NCBI RefSeq assembly: GCF_006345805.1
Contig: NW_021828837.1
Span: 1-7,609, forward strand
Reading direction: 5' to 3'
Source: Octopus sinensis
Lineage: Eukaryota
DNA length: 7,609 nt
Under the pieces are notes generated by a model that saw nothing but the letters and a program-made list of their open reading frames with translations, had not been told where the DNA came from and did no database searches. The translations under genes were made by a program, and so were the position numbers. Each line of letters opens with the position of its first letter. Position 1 is the first letter of the stretch. Shown here piece after piece: positions 1-7,288 of this stretch.

Positions 1-83
1 AATATAATATATTTATACTATAAAATTGGATTTAATCCTGAATATAATTTTTCCCAGTAACTTTGGATTTATTCCCTAATATT

Positions 84-87
<4 letters not shown>

Positions 88-125
<38 letters not shown>
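88..125. repeat. (AT)n microsatellite, 38 bp
   Basis: Perfect AT run directly abutting the family A SINE fragment at 126. Confidence 0.97.
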
Positions 126-127
<2 letters not shown>

Positions 128-217
128 CGGGCTTCTTTCAGTTTCCGTTCACCAAATTCACTCACAAGAGTTTGATGGCCCAAGGCAACAGTAAACACAC
201 TTGCCTAAATAGCCTCA
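126..217 (-). mobile_element. SINE family A fragment (CORE-like central part)
   Basis: gacgggcttctttcagtttccgttcaccaaattcactcacaag...cacttgccta aligns with 2865-2960 (same strand) and with the reverse complement of 5860-5946. Confidence 0.88.
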
Positions 218-221
218 CACG

Positions 222-231
222 CTCTTTCTCT

Positions 232-266
<35 letters not shown>
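222..266. repeat. (CT)n microsatellite
   Basis: Direct reading; perfect from about 235 to 266. Confidence 0.95.
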
Positions 267-267
<1 letters not shown>

Positions 268-268
<1 letters not shown>

Positions 269-368
269 GGTGTGTTTATGTCCGCGTAACTTAGCTGTTC
301 GGCAAAACAGATCGATAGGATAAGTACTCGGCTTACAAAGGATATGTCCCCGGATTGATTTGTTTGAC
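268..368 (+). mobile_element. SINE family A 3' part fragment
   Basis: tggtgtgtttatgtccgcgtaacttagctgttcggc...gataggataagtact aligns at about 79% over 75 bp (manual count) to the reverse complement of about 2728-2802. Confidence 0.82.
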
Positions 369-630
369 TTATGAGACTTGAGAGACGTATGTGGGTGTAT
401 ATAGAGTTGTTTACTGGGATAGAAGTATAATTTTTTTTTTATAAAAGCGACTTCAGTTGTTAATGTTAAGTCAAGTGTAACAACACTCTTCGCTTATTGT
501 GGCATAAGTCACACAAACACCTTTTCTTCGATTCGCACACACACAGGCACACCTGTTTCATACTAACAATTACTACTAGAGACACACTCAATGACTTGTT
601 AGTAATATTTATAACTATTCCTTGGTAATT

Positions 631-716
631 TACATTCTGGGTTCGAATCCCGTCACCTTTTATCATTTGAGGGTCGATACAATTCTCTCAAGATTAACTT
701 TGGCGTCGATATAATT
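631..716 (+). mobile_element. Degenerate family M SINE fragment (B-box plus downstream domain)
   Basis: ttctgggttcgaatcc...atcatttgagggtcgata...ggcgtcgatataat resembles the M copies (ttctgagttcaaattcc...tcatcctttcggggtcgata...gtcgatataat). It shares an exact 18-mer, tacattctgggttcgaat, with 3387-3404. Confidence 0.6.
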
Positions 717-820
717 AATTAGCAAAAGTTAAAACCTTATAATTGTAGTAAGCAGAATTATTTGTAGCTCGAGGTGCACCTTGTAGATGATTATTCTATT
801 TATATAAGGACGTAGGGTGT

Positions 821-1062
821 AGGCGCGTGGCTTAGTGGTTAGGGTGTCAGCATCATGATCGTATGATTGTGGTTTCGATTCCTGGACGGGGCGACGCTTT
901 GGGTTCTTGAGCAAAACACTTCATTTCACGTTGCTCCAGTCCACTCAGCTGGCAAAAATGAGTAACGTTGCGATGGACTGGCGACCCCTCCAGCTGGGGA
1001 ACACATGCGCCATTGAAACCGGGAAACCGGGCCCATGAGCCTGTCTAGGCTTTAAAAGGGCG
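821..1062 (+). mobile_element. tRNA-derived SINE family B, near full length
   Basis: Pol III A-box tggcttagtgg (828-838), B-box-like gtttcgattcc (872-882), CORE-like ttcttgagcaaaacactt, and a 3' module shared with 1261-1352 and 2532-2645. Confidence 0.9.
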
Positions 1063-1074
1063 AATTTATTTTGT

Positions 1075-1361
1075 GGAGGCGCAATGGCTCTGTGGTTAGG
1101 GGAGCGGACCGCGGTCGCAGGATGGCGGTTTCGATTACCAGACCGTGTGTTGTGTGTGTTTATTGAGCGAAAACACCTAATGCTCCACGAGGCTCAGGCA
1201 GGGTGTGGTGGCGAACCCCTGTTCTACTCTTTCGCCCCAACTTTCTTCCTGTTTCTTTGGTAACGCTGTGATGGACTGGCGTCCCGTCCAGCTGGGGAAC
1301 ACATATGCCACATAAACCGGGCCCATGAGCGCTGACTAGGCTTGAAAAGGGCACATAAAAA
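1075..1361 (+). mobile_element. tRNA-derived SINE with family C head/centre and family B 3' module
   Basis: A-box-like tggctctgtgg (1085-1095) and B-box-like ggtttcgattac (1127-1138). 1156-1256 matches the reverse complement of 2411-2522, 1261-1352 matches 963-1061, and the element ends in a short A run. Confidence 0.9.
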
Positions 1362-1769
1362 GATGCGGACAGAGAATGGCACAGAGAGAACGAGTGTGAG
1401 TGTGGGCAAAACAATCTCATAAACCCCACTCCCAAGGAAGAGAAACTATGAGTTACTTCTACACGTCCTCTTGGAGATTATGGGAAGTTAATTTCATATG
1501 TGCCCCTATCCAACTCCCGCATCTGGAGCCCACTTCTCTCTTAACTTCCATACCACTGTATCTATTCTTGGCCTTTACTTTGCACGGGTTGTACCCTAAG
1601 TATTTCTGTTTTACTTCCATCAAATCAGTTATGGTCATTTCCACCATGGTAACAAGCTCCTATCTTCTTCCTTACTAATTCTTCAGATCCTTTCAACCAA
1701 AACAGCTTCGTCATCAACATTTATTCTTGTTAGATAGTAACATTATCTTTAATATATTTTATATGTCTT

Positions 1770-1808
1770 GTATATATATAGATATATGTGTGTGCGTGTA
1801 TATATATA
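1770..1808. repeat. Compound (AT)/(GT) microsatellite
   Basis: Direct reading. Confidence 0.85.
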
Positions 1809-1814
1809 ATACTA

Positions 1815-1883
1815 TGGCACTCCGTCGGTTAAGACGAAGAGGTTTCCAGTTGATCCAGTCAACGGAGGACTACTCGTGAAATT
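1815..1883 (-). mobile_element. SINE family C, 3'-terminal piece (host element, left half)
   Basis: GC-richer block tggcactccgtcggtt...tcgtgaaatt ending in the TSD shared with 2281-2297. Continuity with 2281-2522 rests on that duplication and on my recollection of an octopus SINE consensus. Confidence 0.7.
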
Positions 1884-2280
1884 CTTTTCTACTCTAGGCA
1901 AAAGGTCCGAAATTTTAGGGAAGGGGGCCATCGATTAGATCTACACCAGGACGGAACTTGTACTTGATTTATCCACCCCGAAAGGATGAAAGGCAAAGTC
2001 GACCTCGGCGGAATTTGAACTCAGAAAGTAAAGACAGACGAAATACCTATTTCTTTACAACCGAAAGGGGGCTAAACAGAGAGGGGACGAACAAGGACTG
2101 ACAAACGGATTAAGTCGATTATATCGATCCCAGTGCGTAACTGTTCCTTATTTAATCGACCCCGAAACGATGAAAGGCAAAGTCAACCTCGGCGGAATTT
2201 GAACTCAGAACATAGCGGCAGACGAAATACTGCTAAGCATTTCGCCCGGCGTGCTAACATTTCTGACAGTTCGCCGCCTT
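1884..2280 (-). mobile_element. tRNA-derived SINE family M, full length, internally dimeric, flanked by a TSD
   Basis: The minus strand starts aaggcggcgaactgtcagaa, has B-box-like gagttcaaattcc twice and ends agtagaaaag. 2140-2264 is about 86% identical (manual count) to the reverse complement of 7485-7609. Flanking repeats at 1867-1883 and 2281-2297 match 14/17, with the last 10 exact. The gcctttcatcctttcggggtcgata domain resembles the Meta/MESC SINE domain as I recall it (unverified). Confidence 0.93.
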
Positions 2281-2522
2281 AGACTCTTCGTGAAATTATA
2301 TGCAAGTAGCTGAGTAGCTCCACAGACACATGTACCCTTAACGTAGTTCTCGGTGAGATTGCGTGACACATAGTGTGACACGGCAGCCCCCTTTAAAATA
2401 AAGGTACAACAGAAACAGGAAGACAGCGTGAGAGAAAGAGTTGTGTGAAATAATACAGCAGGGTTCGCCACCAGCCCATGCTGGAGCCTCAAAGAGCTTT
2501 AGGGTTTTAGTTTAATGAACAC
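2281..2522 (-). mobile_element. SINE family C, central part (host element, right half; tRNA head not recognisable)
   Basis: 2411-2522 is the reverse-complement homologue of 1156-1256 (gaggctc...tggtggcgaaccc...cttcctgtttct). Confidence 0.8.
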
Positions 2523-2531
2523 TTGCGACGA

Positions 2532-2645
2532 GTTGGACTCCAATTCACATTTTTTGGCAAGAATGACTCACCCTGCGATGGATTGTTGTCCCGTCCATAT
2601 GCGGAATATATATGCCAAGGTAGACTGTTCCCATGCGTCTAGCTG
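2532..2645 (+). mobile_element. Degenerate family B 3' fragment
   Basis: tggcaagaatgactcaccctgcgatggattgttgtcccgtcca...tatgcca aligns to tggcaaaaatgagtaacgttgcgatggactggcgacccctcca...tgcgcca at 950-1012. Confidence 0.7.
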
Positions 2646-2673
2646 CCACAACAGAGTAACTTTATTTACTATT

Positions 2674-2721
2674 TATATATGTATATATATGTGTATGTAT
2701 ATGTGCGTATATATGTATGTA
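2674..2721. repeat. (TATG)/(AT) compound microsatellite
   Basis: Direct reading. Confidence 0.85.
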
Positions 2722-2723
2722 TT

Positions 2724-3020
2724 TTCTTGCTTTTTAAGTCTAGTAGTTATTCTATCGGTACCTTTCGCCGAACCGCAAAGTTACGGGGACGTAAACACAA
2801 CAGCATTGGTTGTGAAGCGATGGTGCGGTGTCAAACACTAACACAAACACATATATATACATCCGATGGGCTTCTTTCAGTTTCCGTCTGCCAAATCTAC
2901 TCACAAGGATTGGGTCAGCCCGTGGCTATAGGATAAGACACTCACCAAAGGTGCCTCGAAGTGAGATTGAACTCAGAACAATGTGGTAGGTAAGCAATCT
3001 TCTCACCACACAGTCACGTG
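2724..3020 (-). mobile_element. tRNA-derived SINE family A, longest copy (head, CORE-like part, internal microsatellite, 3' part)
   Basis: Homologous to 126-217, 268-368, 5786-5950 and 5965-6076. Degenerate A-box tgactgtgtgg (reverse complement of 3006-3016) and a short internal CA/AT run at about 2843-2861. It resembles the octopus OK/OR tRNA-derived SINEs from memory; the exact family is not established. Confidence 0.9.
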
Positions 3021-3036
3021 TCACTTTTCAACTTTC

Positions 3037-3103
3037 TATATATGAATGTATATATATGTCTATATAAATATATTGTTATGAGCACACGTACATCGAGAAA
3101 TGG

Positions 3104-3134
<31 letters not shown>

Positions 3135-3165
3135 ATATATATTATATATATATATATATATATCA

Positions 3166-3220
<55 letters not shown>

Positions 3221-3312
3221 CACACATACATACATGCACAGATATATACAGAAACACAAACGCAACAAAATCGAAGTAGTCGCCACACGCATGCACGGGC
3301 ACACACACACAC
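3037..3312. repeat. Compound (AT)n/(CATA)/(CA) microsatellite region
   Basis: Direct reading; longest near-pure stretch at about 3104-3248. Confidence 0.92.
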
Positions 3313-3386
3313 AAAGCGTCACTTACTGCTATGTCTTGATAAGCACATATCCTGTTGGTATTATTTATAGTTATTTGCTGGGAGCC

Positions 3387-3452
3387 TACATTCTGGGTTC
3401 GAATTCTATTATTCAACACTAAATTATCATTTCAGGGTTGACGAAATAACAA
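3387..3452 (+). mobile_element. Degenerate family M SINE fragment
   Basis: tacattctgggttcgaattc...ttatcatttcagggttgacgaaataa parallels 631-690 and the M domain. Confidence 0.5.
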
Positions 3453-3527
3453 CTATGAAACTACATATATATATAAGTATGTATGAAAGTATATATTCAT
3501 CCACTCTCACTAATGAGGGTGGGTAAA

Positions 3528-3630
3528 TGTATGTATATATATATATATATATATATATAGACATATATATTTGCATGTATATATATATATATATATATAT
3601 ATATTCATATATACATACATATATACATAC

Positions 3631-3661
<31 letters not shown>

Positions 3662-3791
3662 TACTTGCATGTATATATATATATATACATACGCATATAC
3701 ATACATATATATATATATACACACACACACACATATATATATATATGTACATGTAAATATATAGATATATATATACACACATATATACATG

Positions 3792-3852
<61 letters not shown>

Positions 3853-4139
3853 TATATATATATATATAGATAATATATATATATATATTGTTAAAATCAT
3901 CATAGCATATATATATATATATATAGACATATATATTTGCATGTATATATATATATATATATTCATATATACATACATATATATATATATATACACACAT
4001 ATATACTTGCATGTATATAAATATATATATACATACACATATACATACATACATATATATACACACACACACACATATATATATATGTATATGTAAATAT
4101 ATAGATATATATATACACACATATATACATGTATATATA

Positions 4140-4209
<70 letters not shown>

Positions 4210-4250
4210 TAAATATATATATATATATTGTTAAAATCATCATAGCATAT
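3528..4250. repeat. Compound microsatellite arranged as two tandem copies of a ~340-366 bp unit
   Basis: Landmarks recur in the same order: agacatatatatttgcatg at 3559 and 3925; ttgttaaaatcatcatagcatat at 3888 and 4228. Confidence 0.93.
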
Positions 4251-4316
4251 TTCTAAGGAGTTGTTTTGCTGCTATTTCTAGCATTTAAATTGTCTTCCAC
4301 AACGTCCTTCTTTAGT

Positions 4317-4570
4317 GGGAGAGTGAGAAATAGTCAAACAGACAGAGAGTGAGAAAGAGTCAAAAAGAGAGTGAGAATGAACATTGAACAGCTTTATAGA
4401 GAGGGGGATTAGATAAACTAGATTGTCTACCTGTTTTATTCTCTCCCTCACTCTAAGTCTAATTATATATGTATCTATTTCTCCCTCTGCCTTTCATTCT
4501 ATCTATTTCACCCTCTCTTGATCTCTTATTCTATTTCTCTTCCACTCTCTCTCTCTCTATCATTCTCACC
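4317..4570. repeat. Low-complexity GA-rich then CT-rich tract
   Basis: gagtgagaa-like units at 4320-4390, then degenerate ctct/ctat units at 4440-4570. Confidence 0.6.
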
Positions 4571-4855
4571 CACGCATTTTCTTGTCGCTTTCCATAAAAT
4601 TTTAAACATGGAGAGTAGACAAAAATTTAGATTTCAATACATATGGCTTCTATTCGTCTGAATTGTTCAAACACGCCCCAGCTGGAACATGTTATATACA
4701 TATACCACATATAATAATACACAAATCATGTATATATATACACGAAATTATTAAAATTATGAAAAAGAGTATCTAAGAGATACCATCATACTAGACATAG
4801 CAGCCAAAACTTGAGTCTAAAACCACCTTAAATGTTCACACCAGGAGAGTTTTGG

Positions 4856-4893
4856 CCCACTGTATGACACCTTGGGCAAGTACCTTCTTCTAT
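4856..4893 (+). mobile_element. Short family A CORE-like fragment
   Basis: cccactgtatgacaccttgggcaagtaccttcttctat versus cccactgcgtcgcaccttgggcgagtgacttctactat in the 5786-5950 copy. Confidence 0.65.
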
Positions 4894-5066
4894 GTGTGTG
4901 TGTATGTTTCCATTTGCCTTTACTGAAAATTGCTCAGCAATGAACGATTAGATTATCATTTTCCCTGTTAATAGACAAACCATTGGAATAAGTGATCCCT
5001 TGAACAACAGGTAAGGGTTAATAACATGAAGGGGATCCAGATGCAGAAAGAACGGATCAATAATAT

Positions 5067-5114
5067 ACACACACACACACACACATACACACACAAACGT
5101 ATACACACACACAC
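5067..5114. repeat. (CA)n microsatellite
   Basis: Direct reading, with two or three interruptions. Confidence 0.92.
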
Positions 5115-5140
5115 ATTCAGTTTTAATTTATAGACACACA

Positions 5141-5584
5141 TTAATTTACAGGGTACAACCTAAGACGAGTGGCCCCCGTGCGCGCAATCGTGTACAAGCG
5201 CATCCGAGGAAGCTAGTCGTGACTAGTCGATCCTTACTTTGTGTTATTGTGTTTCATTTACTTTGCTAGGTAGTCGTTGTAGGATCGACTAGTCACGACT
5301 ATCTAGCGCGTGTGCGCGAGTAAACGAGTGCGCGCACCAGGACCACTCTTCTTAATTAAATGGTATCTAGTTTCCACAGCGGAGAAATCCACCCTTGTTA
5401 AAACATCTACACAAAACCCCACCATTTCAGGCTGACTTAACAGAGACCCTACTCTGTGTTACCTCCATCTCTGTCCCCCACAAAGCGGCCACGCCCTTGT
5501 AAGTTTCGTAACGAAAAACAAAAGCATTAATTTCCTGATCTCATAATTGGATCACGCACTTTTACGATAATTAATATCGTATCA
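5141..5584. mobile_element. Unclassified 444-bp putative insertion between exact 18-bp direct repeats
   Basis: ttaatttatagacacaca at 5123-5140 and 5585-5602. No terminal inverted repeat, tRNA head, poly(A) or ORF seen. Mobile origin is an inference. Confidence 0.6.
5161..5354. repeat. Long inverted repeat: 74-bp arms (5161-5234, 5281-5354) with a 46-bp spacer
   Basis: Ungapped manual alignment gives 60/74 complementary positions. The inner 21 bp (tagtcgtgactagtcgatcct / aggatcgactagtcacgacta) are perfectly complementary. Confidence 0.95.
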
Positions 5585-5785
5585 TTAATTTATAGACACA
5601 CAGACAGAGTTTAAGATGAAAGGATGTTCATTCAAGCGTTAAATGGTCCCAAATGAAATAAAAATGAATTTACCTTAGTTTAGTTTTAAACGGTTGCAAC
5701 GGATCCGGGGTCCCAATTAATTTCAAATTTTCTGTTGCCGGATCTAAGTTCGATGGCAAGTAAGCGGAGATAACTCTCGAAATAT

Positions 5786-5950
5786 AAGCGGGGTTGGGGT
5801 ATGTGTTAAGTAGCCTGCGTACCAAGCACATGGTTCCGTGTTCAGTCCCACTGCGTCGCACCTTGGGCGAGTGACTTCTACTATAGCCTCGGCCGACCAA
5901 AGCCTTGTGAGTGGATCTGGTTGACGGAAACTGAAGAAAGCCCCGTCGTA
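5786..5950 (+). mobile_element. SINE family A (degraded head plus CORE-like part)
   Basis: taagtagcctgcgtaccaagcacatggttccgtgttcagtcccactgcgtcgcaccttgggcgagtg...gacggaaactgaagaaagccccgtc is homologous to the other A copies. Confidence 0.92.
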
Positions 5951-5964
5951 AATATGTACATGTT

Positions 5965-6076
5965 TGGCCCGAGACTATAGTAGAAAACACTTGCCCAAGC
6001 TGCCACACAGTGGGACTGATCTCGGAACCAGGTGGTTGGTAATCAAGCTACTTACCACTCAGCCACTCCTATGCCT
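5965..6076 (-). mobile_element. SINE family A 5' part with intact Pol III A-box
   Basis: The minus strand reads aggcataggagtggctgagtggtaagtagc. A-box tggctgagtgg is the reverse complement of 6055-6065. It is 72/86 complementary to 5807-5892. Confidence 0.92.
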
Positions 6077-6138
6077 ACAGTCTCAAAGACTGACAATTAT
6101 TTTAGAATTCTCTATCTTATATTTTGTTTACACGCCCC

Positions 6139-6239
<101 letters not shown>

Positions 6240-6547
6240 GTAAACTCTATTTCCAGTCCTTCTACATTTGTATTTCTCAAGATTCAAGACAAGAAAATTT
6301 TTTTTACCTTATTTCAAATGGTTTCGAGACGCGTGGTTCCAAGTGTCCTTACGAAGCGAGCTGTAATGATGTGTTTGTTACTTATTTAATAATCAGGAGG
6401 TGACTACTCTGATTCAATTTCGTGCCACACCCTGACTAACACGAAATCTTTTATTCAAATTTGAATGCTCTTTACAATTTGTCATGTCAAAGTATTATTC
6501 AATTCATTTCGTATGACGTAACCTCTCCATAATTGTCTGAAAACCTA

Positions 6548-6612
6548 TGTGCATATATATATATGGATAAGAATATATATATATATGCGTATGTGTGTGT
6601 GTGTACATATGT
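6548..6612. repeat. Short compound (AT)/(GT) microsatellite
   Basis: Direct reading. Confidence 0.75.
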
Positions 6613-6989
6613 ACGTAGATTATATAAAACCCACTTAAATCTTGTCAAACCAGTTTTCTTGTTAAATTTTCATACACACACACAAAACACAGCAACACCC
6701 ACACAGACTTTGGAAATGTGACTGATCCTGTGATTAAGTCATTTTGTGCTCATGATTTCGAATTCCAGCTTTGAGGTCCTGAAACAAATACCTAATTTCA
6801 AATTGTTCCAGTCAACAGAGCTGAAAATAAATAACCCTGTGTTCGACTGGTTCCCTGTTTAGGGAGAATGTCATTGTCTTGGTCACTTATAAACCTTAGT
6901 CCTGAAAACAGCGTCAAGAATTGCAGTGTGACCAGCAAGAAATAATGACGTCCGATTATCCGGACGGTTGAGTGACTATATAAATATAT

Positions 6990-7202
6990 TATGCATGTAT
7001 GTATGCATGTATGTGTGTATGTATGTATGTATGTATGTATGAATGCATGTATGCATACATGGTTATCTATGTATTATGTGTATATGCATGTATGTATGTG
7101 TTATATATGTATGTATGTACGTATGTATATATGTATGTGTGTGTATATGTATGTATTATGTGTATAAGTATGTATATGTAAGTGTTACGTATGTATGCAA
7201 GC

Positions 7203-7288
<86 letters not shown>

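Noticed and set aside
821-900. tRNA-like sequences with A/B boxes (also 1075-1140 and 6010-6076)
   Set aside because: They continue into SINE bodies and lack a complete cloverleaf, so they are SINE heads rather than tRNA genes.
1587-1597. 11-bp reverse-complement match between ggttgtaccct and 5150-5160
   Set aside because: Several 11-mer matches are expected by chance in 7.6 kb.
1400-1740. Unique-looking region with ORFs 1400-1678 (+) and 1459-1647 (-); considered a decayed retroelement ORF or exon
   Set aside because: No motif recognised in any frame and the other frames have frequent stops; a TBLASTX search would be needed to revive it.
1160-2936. ORFs overlapping SINEs (1160-1435, 1224-1409, 2205-2492, 2515-2841, 2679-2936, and similarly 729-914 and 5670-6008)
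   Set aside because: They cross non-coding SINE copies and insertion junctions, and show no recognisable domain.
3014-4243. Long ORFs of up to 247 aa rich in Y/I/C/V/H/T
   Set aside because: They are translations of (AT)n/(CA)n repeats, which lack stop codons in most frames; there is no protein signal.
3528-4250. Repeated 23-bp anchors as a CRISPR-like array
   Set aside because: Only two copies, separated by near-identical microsatellite rather than unique spacers, in a eukaryotic context.
4797-4835. atagcagccaaa motif, and cagcaagaaata near 6934, reminiscent of another octopus repeat
   Set aside because: Too short, with no supporting homologue inside the window; the resemblance is from memory only.
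5161-5354. Classic TA-flanked MITE, or a pre-miRNA
   Set aside because: The TA is simply part of the inverted repeat and the termini are the least conserved part. The 46-nt loop and 74-bp arms are too large for a typical animal pre-miRNA. A MITE is not fully excluded.
5141-5584. Hammerhead ribozyme (as in Penelope-like elements) within the insert
   Set aside because: No CTGANGA core found on either strand by eye.
5694-5744. Small symmetric motifs: gttgcaac palindrome and gatccgg/ccggatc inverted pair
   Set aside because: Only 7-8 bp each, within chance expectation.
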